Part shown: positions 16,896 to 27,031 of the stretch, in pieces
How positions within the stretch are numbered: position 1 is the stretch's first letter
Layout of the letters: each line of letters starts with the position of its first letter
The notes under the pieces: model-generated
The model's database searches: none
What the model saw: the letters and a program-made list of their open reading frames with translations, nothing else
Told to the model about the DNA's origin: nothing
Source: Flavobacteriaceae bacterium
GTDB taxonomy: Bacteria; Bacteroidota; Bacteroidia; Flavobacteriales; Flavobacteriaceae
DNA: 64,000 nucleotides
Direction: 5' to 3'
Assembly: GCA_021151665.1 (NCBI GenBank)
Contig: JAGKWW010000002.1
Coordinates: forward strand, 17,945 to 81,944
Position numbers and translations under genes: made by a program

Positions 16896-16915
16896 CAGAC
16901 CTTATTTGATTACCA

Positions 16916-17935
16916 ATGATAGACAAGATTAAAGGGCATATTGCCGAAGCAGAAGCATTTAGTACGCAGAACAAAGAGGAACTTGAGGCTTTCCGGATTA
17001 AATTCCTGGGCAAGAAAGGGATACTAAATGATTTTTTTGCTGAGTTTAAGAATGTACCGAACGACCAGAAGAAAGAATTCGGGCAGGTGATCAATGCGTT
17101 GAAGAAAGCTGCTGAAGACAAAGTAGCCGATATTCAGCAGGCCATGGAAAACAAAGAGGAGAGCAAAGGCGTGTACGGCGACCTTTCGCGCCCTGGCGAA
17201 CCGTTTCAGGTGGGTTCCCGCCATCCGATATCTATCGTAAAGAACCAGATCATCGATATCTTTTCAACTATTGGCTTCAACGTGAGCGAAGGCCCCGAAA
17301 TTGAGGATGACTGGCATAACTTTACAGCGCTCAACCTGCCGGAGTACCACCCGGCACGCGATATGCAGGATACCTTCTTCATCCAGACCAACCCCGATGT
17401 GCTGTTACGTACACACACCTCTTCGGTGCAGGTACGGTATATGGAAGAGAACAAGCCGCCCATCCGTACGATTTCGCCCGGGCGTGTGTACCGCAACGAG
17501 GCAATTTCGTCGCGTTCGCTGTGCACCTTCCACCAGGTAGAAGGCCTTTACATTGATAAAGACGTTTCGTTTGCCGACCTGAAGCAGACACTTCAATATT
17601 TCACTAAAGAGATGTTTGGCAAGAGCAAGATAAGGCTTCGCCCATCGTACTTTCCATTTACAGAGCCAAGTGCAGAAGTAGATGTGTACTGGGGACTGAA
17701 GACAGAGGTAGACTACCGCATTACCAAAGGGACCGGCTGGCTCGAGATCATGGGCTGTGGTATGATTGACCCCAATGTCCTTAAGAACTGTAACATTGAC
17801 CCGACAAAATACAACGGTTTTGCTTTTGGTATGGGCATCGAGCGTATCGCACTACTCATGTACCAGATAGGCGACATCCGTATGTTCTATGAAAACGACG
17901 TTCGTTTCCTTGAGCAGTTTAAATCGAGTATTTAA
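16916..17935 (+). CDS. pheS: Phenylalanine--tRNA ligase alpha subunit
   Basis: Class II motifs [12 protein letters not shown] and [12 protein letters not shown], 339 aa. Confidence 0.97.
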   Translation: MIDKIKGHIAEAEAFSTQNKEELEAFRIKFLGKKGILNDFFAEFKNVPNDQKKEFGQVINALKKAAEDKVADIQQAMENKEESKGVYGDLSRPGEPFQVGSRHPISIVKNQIIDIFSTIGFNVSEGPEIEDDWHNFTALNLPEYHPARDMQDTFFIQTNPDVLLRTHTSSVQVRYMEENKPPIRTISPGRVYRNEAISSRSLCTFHQVEGLYIDKDVSFADLKQTLQYFTKEMFGKSKIRLRPSYFPFTEPSAEVDVYWGLKTEVDYRITKGTGWLEIMGCGMIDPNVLKNCNIDPTKYNGFAFGMGIERIALLMYQIGDIRMFYENDVRFLEQFKSSI

Positions 17936-17973
17936 AAAAAATAAGCCACGAGATTATTCGTGGCTTATTTTTT
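17934..17973. terminator. Bidirectional terminator between convergent pheS and the NlpE-like gene
   Basis: aaaaaataagccacg pairs with cgtggcttatttttt, with an A-run on one side and a T-run on the other. It overlaps both stop codons. Confidence 0.8.
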
Positions 17974-18433
17974 ACTTCACCCTTTTTAGCAAATATCTGT
18001 CCTGAGGCGCACCTTTTTCAGGATCGCCAAACTTGTCCAGCTTTTTAAGCATGCCATTATCTACCAAAAACTTCAGGTGATCGCCTTCGGCATCGAGGGT
18101 AACGGTACTTTTGCTCCTGTCAAAATGATAGGAACCATTGTAAATATTTGGCTTGTCGTCTAACCCTAACGCCTGAGACGACAGCGTATAGCTGCTGTCC
18201 GCACGCACTTCAATCTGCGTTTCCAGGCCGCTGCATCCGCTATAGCATGGCAGTACCCCCGCATATTTTCCCATCCATGAAGCAGGTTCTTCTTTTGCCG
18301 TTACAGCCACAGGAGCCGGCGCTACAGGAGGGACTTCGGTTACAGGGTTGTTTTGCGCATCTGCCGGTTTTTCGCCATCTTTGCATCCGCCCAGCGCCAA
18401 AAGACCAAGGCATAACAATTGCATAATTTTCAT
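17972..18433 (-). CDS. NlpE/CutF N-terminal-domain-like lipoprotein
   Basis: Lipobox LLALGGC. GVLPCYSGCSGLETQIEV...YTL...GSYHFDRSKSTVTL resembles the copper-resistance NlpE N-domain. I chose ATG 18433 over GTG 18454. Confidence 0.7.
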   Translation of the reverse strand: MKIMQLLCLGLLALGGCKDGEKPADAQNNPVTEVPPVAPAPVAVTAKEEPASWMGKYAGVLPCYSGCSGLETQIEVRADSSYTLSSQALGLDDKPNIYNGSYHFDRSKSTVTLDAEGDHLKFLVDNGMLKKLDKFGDPEKGAPQDRYLLKRVK

Positions 18434-18465
18434 AAAGAATTGTTTTAATGTCACTAAGGTAGCCT

Positions 18466-18900
18466 ATGCCGGCTGCAAAATGTATTAAAGAAATGAGAAA
18501 AGATATCACGATACCCAAAGTAGAAAATGTATATGTAGCCGCCCTACAGGAGTGGAATGACGACTTTATGGAGAACACATGGTATGCCTACCTGGTGAAT
18601 GATAGTGCGGAAAAACTGGAAATGGCCATTGTAGTATCCTCGGCATCGGGGGAGATAGATGGGGAGATGCGCAAAACAGGCAACATGCGCCATGCGTTTG
18701 CCGAAGTATTGCCTGACACAGCCGTAAAGATCGAGATGATCGACGAGAGCGTATTGCAATTATCCAATAGTTTTATGGTGACCTTCTTTAAAGGAAGTAC
18801 ACTTTACGACAGGAACTTCGTGTTCCGCGCCGGGGCTATTTCAAAAGAAAATGCCGAAGAAGTACCTGTAATCTTTAAGGATGGGGTGTTGGCGAAGTAA
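18466..18900 (+). CDS. Hypothetical protein
   Basis: 144-aa ORF with no recognised motif. ATG 18493 is an alternative start. Its 3' end overlaps the end of the convergent pseudogene by 26 nt. Confidence 0.55.
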   Translation: MPAAKCIKEMRKDITIPKVENVYVAALQEWNDDFMENTWYAYLVNDSAEKLEMAIVVSSASGEIDGEMRKTGNMRHAFAEVLPDTAVKIEMIDESVLQLSNSFMVTFFKGSTLYDRNFVFRAGAISKENAEEVPVIFKDGVLAK

Positions 18901-19487
18901 CCTCTACTTCATTTAGCCTGATATATCCTTTGTCGGCCATTCTTTTAATCGCCTTGTAATCAGTTGCATCTTTCGACATGAAAAAGCTGTAAAGCTCAAA
19001 TTCTTTATCGGTCATATTGCCAAGAGCATATTCTTTTTTCAGGATCTTACCGATTGGTTTGCGCTTCTCATACGGCATATCTACAAAATGTTCTATAAAG
19101 CTGCTATATTCTTTTCCCGGGGCGTATTTCACCCACATAACCATAAGTGTCCAGTATATTTTTAGCAAGCAGGTAATTGGCTTTATTGATAGCTTCGCGT
19201 AACTCCTGCCAATTTTTTGGCTTTCCTTGCAGATGTGTTTGAATATCTATCGAAGGAATGGGATTGTTGGCCAACAAAGTATCTGCATAGAACTTTTCGA
19301 ATACACGGTCTGCTTTAAGCCGGTCGATATATGTCATAGAGTACCCCTTTTGTTTAACCTGATACAGGTAATGCATGAAAAAAAGTTGATCGCGTATTAG
19401 ATCTTTGTCACGCTGCAGTAGGGAGTCTTTGCTTGTCTGACCGATGAGAGTAAAGGGCAATAACAGAAATAGTAATAGTGCTTTCAT
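18875..19487 (-). pseudogene. Frameshifted paralog of the secreted protein encoded at 19492-20106
   Basis: ORFs 19104-19502 and 18875-19168 align with the N- and C-terminal halves of the neighbouring 204-aa protein. The frames switch near 19128-19140, around a GGG run in ggttatgtgggtgaaa. Confidence 0.7.
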
Positions 19488-19491
19488 AATC

Positions 19492-20106
19492 TTACTTGTC
19501 ATTCGTTTTCGTCACATCTTTTGAAGACACTTTAAAAAAACCTTTCTCCGCCATTTTGTTGATCGATCTTTCATCAGTAGCATTTTTGGACATGAGAAAG
19601 CCAAAGAGTTCATATTCCCGGTCTGTCATTCGCCCGAGCTTATACTCGCCTTTCAATATTTTTCCTATCGGCCGGCGGTCTTCGTACGACATGTTTGCAA
19701 ATTGCTCAATCAACGTTCCGCCCCGGGGCTCACCAAGTCGCTTTGTGCTTAGATAGCCATACGTTTTGAGGATGTCAAAAGCCATCTCATAATTAGCATT
19801 GGCAATTGCGTCTGAAAGTTCTTTCCAGTTCTTTGGCCTGGCTTTAAGATGCGATGCAATATTCATCGATGGCACGGGATTCTTTGCGATGAGCGTGTCA
19901 TTATAAAACTGCTCAAATACCCGGTCCGATTTCAGCCGTTGCATATACCCCATGCACTGGCCCCTTAACCCGTACGGCCGCAGGTAGTCCATAAACTTTA
20001 GTTTTGCGATGATAATCTCGCGGTCGCGCTGCAAGAGGGAGTCTTTATCTGCCTGGGCTGCTGCCACTATCGGCAATAATAGCAGGAGAAAAAGTAATTT
20101 CTTCAT
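19492..20106 (-). CDS. Secreted protein of unknown function (intact tandem paralog)
   Basis: Signal peptide MKKLLFLLLLLPIVAAAQ, with ATG 20106 chosen over TTG 20130. No family recognised. Confidence 0.7.
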   Translation of the reverse strand: MKKLLFLLLLLPIVAAAQADKDSLLQRDREIIIAKLKFMDYLRPYGLRGQCMGYMQRLKSDRVFEQFYNDTLIAKNPVPSMNIASHLKARPKNWKELSDAIANANYEMAFDILKTYGYLSTKRLGEPRGGTLIEQFANMSYEDRRPIGKILKGEYKLGRMTDREYELFGFLMSKNATDERSINKMAEKGFFKVSSKDVTKTNDK

Positions 20107-20170
20107 TGGTAAGCAGTGTTGGTAAGCCAAAGATAATTAATTTGCGCTGCAAACAACACTACGCCTTCTC

Positions 20171-22990
20171 ATGAAAAAAGTCTACCTGCTGGCGCTGCTG
20201 GCAGCATTAAACGCAACCGCACAGCAAAGCTTCTCAAAATTCGTTAATCCCTTTATCGGCACCGGCGGTCATGGGCATACTTTTCCGGGTGCGACAGTGC
20301 CTTTCGGTATGGTGCAGCTCAGCCCCGACACCCGGATAGATGGCAGTTGGGACGGATGCAGCGGCTACCATTATAGCGACAACGTTATCTACGGATTTTC
20401 ACATACCCACCTTAACGGCACCGGCGTATCAGATTTTGGCGATATCATGCTGATGCCAACCATGAGCACACCATCGTTGAATAATAAGGATTATTTATCG
20501 CCGTTCTCGCACGCCAATGAGAAGGCTTCGGCAGGATATTATTCAGTTAAGCTTGATGATGATAGCATCCTCGCCGAGCTTACCGCCACCCCGCGCGTGG
20601 GTATGCATCGCTATACTTTTAGCAAAAAAGGGCAGGCGAATATTATCCTCGACCTGAACCACCGTGACAAACTACTGATGGGCGAGGTGCGCCTTATCAA
20701 CAGCAAAACCATCGAAGTACTGAGGCGCAGTGAGGCCTGGGCGCGCGACCAATATGTCTACGCCCGTATTGAGTTCAGCAAACCGGTAAAGGTGACTGCC
20801 GTAAACAATAACGCGTTTGCACCCGCTAAAGTTACCGATACGGTTTTTGCGGGATCGATGTTGGCATTAAGCTTTAGCGCCGATGTAAAAAAAGGCGAAC
20901 AGCTGCTGGTTAAGGTAGCGCTTTCGCCTACCGGGTACGAAGGTGCTGCAAAGAACATGGCCGCCGAACTTCCTAAGTGGGATTTTGATAAAACGCGGAA
21001 GGCTGCCGCTGCGCTTTGGGAAAAGGAACTCAGCAAAATCGACATCACAACTCAGGATAAAGAAAAACAAACAATCTTTTACACTGCCTTGTACCATACC
21101 ATGATGCAGCCGAACATTGCTATGGATGTTGACGGCATGTACCGTGGGCGAGACAACCAGCTGCATAAAGCGGAAGGGTTCGACTATTATTCGGTATTCT
21201 CGCTGTGGGATACGTTTCGCGCAGCCCACCCGCTCTACACCCTGATCGATAAAAAGCGTACTGCTGATTTCATCAATACCTTTATAAAACAATACGAGCA
21301 GGGTGGCAGGCTGCCGGTATGGGAACTGGCGTCGAACGAAACCGACTGCATGATAGGTTACCACTCGGTTTCTGTAATGGCCGACGCGATGGCCAAAGGC
21401 ATTAAAGGATTCGATTATGAAAAAGCTTTCGAGGCCGCAAAGCATAGCGCCATGCTCGATATTTTCGGGCTGGATGCCTACAAAGTAAGTAGCTACATAA
21501 GCATCGATGATGAGCACGAAAGCGTTTCTAAAACCGTGGAATACGCTTACGACGACTGGTGCATTGCCCAAATGGCAAAACTGCTCGGTAAGACGGCAGA
21601 TTACGATGAGTTCATGATGAGGTCGCAAAACTGGAAAAACCTCTTTGACCCTTCTACCGGCCACATGCGCCCACGAAAAAACGGCGGATGGGATAAGCCC
21701 TTCGACGCGCGTGAGGTGAACAACAATTACACAGAGGGCAACAGCTGGCAGTATACCTTTTTTGTGCCCCACGATATCGGGGGCCTTGCCGATAGCTATG
21801 GCGGCCAGGAGCAATTTGAGGCAAAGCTCGACGAGATGTTTTCTTCGCCTTCGGCAACAACCGGACGGGAACAGGTAGACATAACAGGGCTGGTAGGACA
21901 GTATGCGCACGGCAATGAACCCAGCCATCATATGGCATACCTGTACAATTATGCCGGAAGGCCTGAAAAGACAAAAGAGAAAGTGCATTACATGCTCGAC
22001 AATTTTTATAAGAATGCACCCGACGGGCTGATAGGAAACGAAGACTGTGGGCAGATGAGTGCCTGGTACGTACTAAGTAGTATGGGGATGTATGCCGTAT
22101 GCCCCGGCATGCCGGGCTGGGACCTTACCGAGCCTTATTTTGATTTTGTGAAGGTACGTTTCGATGATGGAAAATATGGGAACGTTTCTAAAGCCGGTAC
22201 CGATGAAGAGCGCAGTAATTTTGGCTTTCCTTCCCTTTATGGCAAAACCTTCAGGGAATCTTCGGGGGTGCTGATTCCCGTTCCGGTTATAGACGCACCG
22301 GCCAAATCGTTTAAGGAGAAAATGACGGTGAGTTTACAGCCTTTGACTGATGGAGGCGAGCTATGGTACCGGGTGAGCGGCGCGTCATCGGCGACAAAAG
22401 AACTTGGTTTCCGTAAATATGCCGGTCCGTTTGAAATCAATGAATCGTGTGCCGTTGAAGCCTACGTGGACAACTTTGGGGAGAAAAGCAAATCTTCTTT
22501 AGCCCATTTCGTTAAAAAACCCAACAATTATAGCATAGATATCAGGGCGCAGTACAACCGCCAGTACCATGCGGGCGGACCCGAAGGGCTTATTGACGGT
22601 ATCCTGGGCAGTGAAAACTGGCGCAAGGGCGACTGGCAGGGATATCAGGGCCAGGACTTTGAAGCTGTGGTCGACCTGCAGAAGCCGATGAAGCTGACTG
22701 AAGTTTCAGCCCGTTTCCTGCAAGACTCACGTTCATGGATACTTATGCCCACAAAGGTGGAGTATTACACCTCTTTCGATAATAAAACTTTTACTTTGGC
22801 GGCGACTGTTTTAACCGATACCGACCCGCGGACCGACAAAACGATTATAAAAGATTTCACGGCCAACCTGAACATGCAGAATGCGCGATATGTGAAGGTA
22901 AAAGCTTATAACTTCGGAAGGTTGCCGCAATGGCATCAGGGAGCAGGGGGAGAGGCCTTTATTTTTATAGATGAGATAACGGTGAAATAA
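20171..22990 (+). CDS. GH92-family alpha-mannosidase with C-terminal Fn3-like and discoidin (F5/8 type C) domains
   Basis: Signal peptide, the GH92 N-terminal signature FVNPFIGTGGHGHTFPGATVPFGMVQLSPDT, and a C-terminal end ...ARYVKVKAYNFGRLPQWHQGAGGEAFIFIDEITVK typical of a discoidin domain. Confidence 0.9.
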   Translation: MKKVYLLALLAALNATAQQSFSKFVNPFIGTGGHGHTFPGATVPFGMVQLSPDTRIDGSWDGCSGYHYSDNVIYGFSHTHLNGTGVSDFGDIMLMPTMSTPSLNNKDYLSPFSHANEKASAGYYSVKLDDDSILAELTATPRVGMHRYTFSKKGQANIILDLNHRDKLLMGEVRLINSKTIEVLRRSEAWARDQYVYARIEFSKPVKVTAVNNNAFAPAKVTDTVFAGSMLALSFSADVKKGEQLLVKVALSPTGYEGAAKNMAAELPKWDFDKTRKAAAALWEKELSKIDITTQDKEKQTIFYTALYHTMMQPNIAMDVDGMYRGRDNQLHKAEGFDYYSVFSLWDTFRAAHPLYTLIDKKRTADFINTFIKQYEQGGRLPVWELASNETDCMIGYHSVSVMADAMAKGIKGFDYEKAFEAAKHSAMLDIFGLDAYKVSSYISIDDEHESVSKTVEYAYDDWCIAQMAKLLGKTADYDEFMMRSQNWKNLFDPSTGHMRPRKNGGWDKPFDAREVNNNYTEGNSWQYTFFVPHDIGGLADSYGGQEQFEAKLDEMFSSPSATTGREQVDITGLVGQYAHGNEPSHHMAYLYNYAGRPEKTKEKVHYMLDNFYKNAPDGLIGNEDCGQMSAWYVLSSMGMYAVCPGMPGWDLTEPYFDFVKVRFDDGKYGNVSKAGTDEERSNFGFPSLYGKTFRESSGVLIPVPVIDAPAKSFKEKMTVSLQPLTDGGELWYRVSGASSATKELGFRKYAGPFEINESCAVEAYVDNFGEKSKSSLAHFVKKPNNYSIDIRAQYNRQYHAGGPEGLIDGILGSENWRKGDWQGYQGQDFEAVVDLQKPMKLTEVSARFLQDSRSWILMPTKVEYYTSFDNKTFTLAATVLTDTDPRTDKTIIKDFTANLNMQNARYVKVKAYNFGRLPQWHQGAGGEAFIFIDEITVK

Positions 22991-22993
22991 TCC

Positions 22994-23974
22994 CTATTTC
23001 TCTCTGACAGGAAACATAAAAGAAGCGATCACTGAAATAAGAAGTACGCCTCCTACCACCGCCAATGATACAGGCGACGAGATATGAAAAAATGGGTTGA
23101 CAAGCATTTTCAGGCCGATGAATGCGAGGATAATGGCGAGCCCATAATGCAGGCGGCTAAACATGTGCATAAAATTGGCCAGCAGAAAATATAGCGCCCT
23201 TAGCCCGAGTATGGCAAAGATATTTGAGGTATAAAGGATAAAAGGGTCGTTGGGCGCGATCGCAAAAATGGCCGGGATGGAGTCAACTGCGAAAATAAGG
23301 TCGGTAAATTCGATAACTGCAACGACTACCAGCAAAGGTGTGGCAATTTTTTTCCCATCGACCTTAATAAAAAACTTACCGCCTTCAAAGTTCTTGGTTA
23401 CTTTAAAGAACCGGTGTACAATCCTTGCGCCGGGGCTTTTTGAGAAGTCTTTATCTTCGTCTTTATCATCATGGGCTTTCCATGAATTGTAACCCGCATA
23501 GACAAGGAAAAATCCGAAAAGTGACAGTACCGCGTTTATCTTTACCGTTTCGCCGAAAAGCGTAACAGGCGGCAGGTAGGTCATATTGATGAGCTCTACA
23601 CCTGTAAAGATAAATATCGCCCGGAAAAGCAACGCCCCTATAATGCCCCAAAACAGCACCTTATGGTGCAGCCGCTTGGGCACGTTGAAGTAATCGAAAA
23701 CCAGGATGAACACAAAGAGGTTATCCACAGAAAGCGCTTTCTCTATCCAGTAGGCGCTCTGGAACTGTGTAAATTGTGTAAACCCGAGGTAGTAATAAAT
23801 TACCCCGCTAAAGGCCATCGAAAGGCTTATCCAGACGATAGACCACGTAAGCGCTTCCCGGTTCGATACCACATGGCTGTGCCTGTTGAAAACCCCCAGG
23901 TCCAGCAACAGCATGATCACGACAACAATCGAGAATACGGCCAGTATGCCGGGGTGGTTTATCAGGTGGTCCAT
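22994..23974 (-). CDS. TerC-family integral membrane protein
   Basis: Polytopic protein of 326 aa. EKALSVDNLFVF and FAVDSIPAIFAI are the duplicated TerC motifs. Confidence 0.85.
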   Translation of the reverse strand: MDHLINHPGILAVFSIVVVIMLLLDLGVFNRHSHVVSNREALTWSIVWISLSMAFSGVIYYYLGFTQFTQFQSAYWIEKALSVDNLFVFILVFDYFNVPKRLHHKVLFWGIIGALLFRAIFIFTGVELINMTYLPPVTLFGETVKINAVLSLFGFFLVYAGYNSWKAHDDKDEDKDFSKSPGARIVHRFFKVTKNFEGGKFFIKVDGKKIATPLLVVVAVIEFTDLIFAVDSIPAIFAIAPNDPFILYTSNIFAILGLRALYFLLANFMHMFSRLHYGLAIILAFIGLKMLVNPFFHISSPVSLAVVGGVLLISVIASFMFPVREK

Positions 23975-23990
23975 GGGCGGGTTTTTTACA

Positions 23991-24986
23991 TTAGTCCAGC
24001 TTTTCGGTCAGTTTTTTAAATACGCTTTTTGCATCCTTGCTTTCATACAGTATACTGTAAACAGCATCGATGATGGGAGTCTTCGCCCCGTAATCCTTAT
24101 TTAGCTTGTGCGCGCTTTTCACGGCGTAATATCCTTCGGCAACCATGCTCATTTCCATCATTGCTGATTTAACGGTATACCCTTTCCCTATCATATTGCC
24201 AAACATTCTGTTCCTTGAAAAAACAGAGTATCCGGTTACCAGAAGGTCGCCCAAATAGGCCGAGTTGTTGATGTTGCGCTTCATCTTATGCACCTTGCGG
24301 ATAAATTTCTTCATCTCGCGTATCGAGTTGCTCATCAGCAGTGCCTGGAAGTTGTCGCCATAGCCAAGGCCATGGGCAATACCTGCAGCAATCGCGTATA
24401 TATTTTTAAGCATTGCGGCATACTCGGTGCCTACAATATCATCCGATATTTTGGTTTTGATGTAGTGGCTGTTGAGGTTTTTGCCCATCACGCGTGCCTT
24501 TTTCTGGTCGCCGCAGGCAATGGTAAGGTAAGACAGGCGCTCGAGGGCGACCTCTTCGGCATGGCAGGGCCCTGTAATAACACCAATATTGTCATAAGGT
24601 ATATTGTATTCCTGGTGGAAGTGCTGGCCTACGATCAGGCTGGTTTCCGGAACGATACCCTTTATCGCAGAAAAGATTACCTTGTCATCCAGGCTTACTG
24701 TCAGGTTTTTAAGCTCGGCGCTAAGGAAAGCCGACGGAATAGCAAAAATAATATAGTCGGCATAGCTCACCGCTTCGTTGATGTCGGTGGTAAGCTTGAG
24801 TTTTTTCGTGTCAAATTCTACAGAGCTCAGGTAATTCGGGTTGTGGCGCTGCTGCATCAAATGCTCTATCGCATTCTCGTTGCGCATGTACCATGCAATC
24901 TCCGGCAAGTTATGGCACAGCATCTTGGCAATGGCCGTGGCCCAGCTTCCGCCGCCTATTACTGCGAATTTTGGAGAGTCGTTCAT
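23991..24986 (-). CDS. gpsA: NAD(P)H-dependent glycerol-3-phosphate dehydrogenase
   Basis: Rossmann start FAVIGGGSWATAIAKML, 331 aa, GpsA-like throughout. Confidence 0.93.
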   Translation of the reverse strand: MNDSPKFAVIGGGSWATAIAKMLCHNLPEIAWYMRNENAIEHLMQQRHNPNYLSSVEFDTKKLKLTTDINEAVSYADYIIFAIPSAFLSAELKNLTVSLDDKVIFSAIKGIVPETSLIVGQHFHQEYNIPYDNIGVITGPCHAEEVALERLSYLTIACGDQKKARVMGKNLNSHYIKTKISDDIVGTEYAAMLKNIYAIAAGIAHGLGYGDNFQALLMSNSIREMKKFIRKVHKMKRNINNSAYLGDLLVTGYSVFSRNRMFGNMIGKGYTVKSAMMEMSMVAEGYYAVKSAHKLNKDYGAKTPIIDAVYSILYESKDAKSVFKKLTEKLD

Positions 24987-25184
24987 TTTGGCTAATGTAA
25001 TTTCAAAACTCCAAAATTACTCTTTTTTTATCAGCAGGGGAAAGCCTTTAATTTTTTAAGCAGATATAAATAAATGTTAATTCTGCAATTTATTGCAATA
25101 TCGTCAGCTATCTGCCGTTATTGTTTTGAATTTGTTTATAATACGATTACAACAGGTTAGTTAAATTTTTTGTTTTTGGTGTTT

Positions 25185-25218
25185 AAAAGGCGCTTAGGTT
25201 TTAACCGGGGCGCCTTTT
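25185..25218 (-). terminator. Hairpin downstream of the alcohol dehydrogenase gene
   Basis: aaaaggcgc (25185-25193) pairs with gcgcctttt (25210-25218) across a 16-nt loop, 4 nt after the stop. There is no clean U-tract on the minus strand. Confidence 0.45.
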
Positions 25219-25221
25219 ATT

Positions 25222-26379
25222 TTAGTAGCTCATCTCTACGATTTCTTTAACTTTATCCAGTGTAATATTCTGGCGTTCGCCGAGGCCTTTCCAGCCGCGC
25301 TTCTCAAATCGTTCGGTAATAATGGCAGCAGTTTTCGCGTAATCATCTGTATAATTCGCGAGCTTGGTGTCCATACCCATCGTATGGAAAAACTGTACCG
25401 TTTTCTCTATCGCCTGTGATGCCACATTATCGTTATCTCCGCTTAGGCCCCACACCCTACGGCCATACTGCGCCAGTTTATCTTTTTTGGTTTCGAACAT
25501 CACACGGTACAGGTTTGGCCCAATGACGGCAAGCGTGCGCGCGTGGTCTATTTCAAACAGTGCGGTTAGCTCATGGCCTATCATGTGGGTAGCCCAGTCG
25601 GTTGGTACGCCTTTTTGTATGAGCCCGTTAAGCGCCATGGTGCAGCACCACATAAAGTTTGAGGCAAGTTTATAATCTGCCGGATTCTGTACCACTTTTG
25701 GCCCGATCTCAATTAGCGTCTGTAGTATGCCTTCCGAGATACGGTCCTGTAACAAAGCGTCGGCAGGATACGTGAGGTATTGCTCCATTACGTGTGTGAA
25801 AGCATCAACCACGCCATTTTGCAACTGCCGTTGGGGTAAGGATGCAACAACGGTGGGGTCGCATATTGAGAACGCCGGAAACACGCCGGGCCCGCCGAAG
25901 CTTAGCTTCTCCTGCGTGGCGTTAATTGTTACTACCGAACCCGAATTCATTTCGCTGCCGGTAGCGGGAAGTGTCAAAACCGTTCCGAAAGGTATGGTAT
26001 TCTTTTCGATGCGGATGCGCTTTTGAAGGATATCGATCGGGTTACCGTCAAATCTGGCCGCTGCCGAAATAAACTTCACGCCGTCAATTACCGAGCCGCC
26101 CCCTACAGCCAGCAGGAACGTTATCTCTTTTTCGCGGACAACATCCACCGCCTTCCCCAGGGTTTCGAAACGCGGGTTGGGTTCGATGCCGCCAAATTCG
26201 GTAATGTCATATCCCGATAGTGCCCTGGTCACCTGGTCATGGATACCGTTTTTAAAGATGCTTCCGCCGCCGTAGGCAAGCAGTATTTTAGAACCGGCAG
26301 GGATAAGCTTTGGCAGTTTCGCGATCTGGCCTTTTCCAAATATCAGGTTGACAGGATTATAAAGTTCGAAGTTGAGCAT
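25222..26379 (-). CDS. Iron-containing (group III) alcohol dehydrogenase, YqhD/BdhA-like
   Basis: AVGGGSVIDGVKFI and the metal-binding His region HMIGHELTALF, 385 aa. Confidence 0.9.
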   Translation of the reverse strand: MLNFELYNPVNLIFGKGQIAKLPKLIPAGSKILLAYGGGSIFKNGIHDQVTRALSGYDITEFGGIEPNPRFETLGKAVDVVREKEITFLLAVGGGSVIDGVKFISAAARFDGNPIDILQKRIRIEKNTIPFGTVLTLPATGSEMNSGSVVTINATQEKLSFGGPGVFPAFSICDPTVVASLPQRQLQNGVVDAFTHVMEQYLTYPADALLQDRISEGILQTLIEIGPKVVQNPADYKLASNFMWCCTMALNGLIQKGVPTDWATHMIGHELTALFEIDHARTLAVIGPNLYRVMFETKKDKLAQYGRRVWGLSGDNDNVASQAIEKTVQFFHTMGMDTKLANYTDDYAKTAAIITERFEKRGWKGLGERQNITLDKVKEIVEMSY

Positions 26380-26404
26380 GATATTTTCTATTTAGTGTAG
26401 TAGT

Positions 26405-26434
26405 AAAATTACAAAATGCCGCGTCTGCGGCATT
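26405..26434 (-). terminator. Rho-independent terminator after nadD
   Basis: On the minus strand, aatgccgc-agac-gcggcatt is followed by ttgtaatttt, 15 nt after the nadD stop. Confidence 0.75.
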
Positions 26435-26448
26435 CGGATTGTTATAGT

Positions 26449-27030
26449 TTAACGTTTGTAGAACAAATTATGGTCGATATACCCCCATACCTTTTGCGGA
26501 AGCATGGGCCGCACATTCTTTCCGGCTTTAATGTTATCGCGGATAAAAGTTGACGAAAGCTCGATAACCGGCGCTCCAGTGCGGTGGATACGCGGATGGG
26601 TCAGCAGTGAGGGGTCAGCCACTTCGGTGTTAATCCGCGGATAAACAAAAATGTCGTGGTGCTGCAGTATTACCTCATAGTTTTTCCATTTGTGAAAAGA
26701 GTTGAGGTTGTCTTCTCCCATAATCAGCGCAAACTCGTGCGTGGGGAATTTTTCCCGCAAATGCTCCAGCGTATGTACAGTGTAATTCGGCTGTGGGAGG
26801 CGAAATTCCACATCGCTGGGTTTTAGCTTTACGTAATCTTCTGTTGCAAGATGAACCATCTGCAGCCGGTGATGATCGTCCAGCAGTGTACTTTTCTTTT
26901 TGTGTGGATTATGGGGCGTTACTACAAGCCACACCTGATCCAGCCCGCCATGCTCTGCCATGTGGTTGGCGATGATTAGGTGCCCAACGTGTAAGGGGTT
27001 GAAGGTTCCGAAGTATAGCCCTACTTTCAT
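26449..27030 (-). CDS. nadD: Nicotinate-nucleotide adenylyltransferase
   Basis: GLYFGTFNPLHVGHL (HxGH nucleotidyltransferase motif), 193 aa. Confidence 0.93.
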   Translation of the reverse strand: MKVGLYFGTFNPLHVGHLIIANHMAEHGGLDQVWLVVTPHNPHKKKSTLLDDHHRLQMVHLATEDYVKLKPSDVEFRLPQPNYTVHTLEHLREKFPTHEFALIMGEDNLNSFHKWKNYEVILQHHDIFVYPRINTEVADPSLLTHPRIHRTGAPVIELSSTFIRDNIKAGKNVRPMLPQKVWGYIDHNLFYKR

Positions 27031-27031
27031 A

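Noticed and set aside
16671-16915. T-box or other leader upstream of pheS, and likewise 40318-40456 upstream of ileS.
   Set aside because: I found no T-box consensus or specifier-loop architecture, and T-box leaders are not expected in Bacteroidota. The -7 box lies close to the ATG, so most of the spacer is probably untranscribed. An 8-bp stem (gtaacagc with gctgttac) has a 41-nt loop and is not convincing.
20867-21988. 373-aa ORF antisense to the GH92 gene (plus 21654-22019 and 20758-21048).
   Set aside because: It lies fully inside a CDS whose product has unmistakable GH92 signatures on the other strand. The translation is low-complexity, rich in R, H, C and F, with no recognisable motif. 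This is typical shadow-frame noise.
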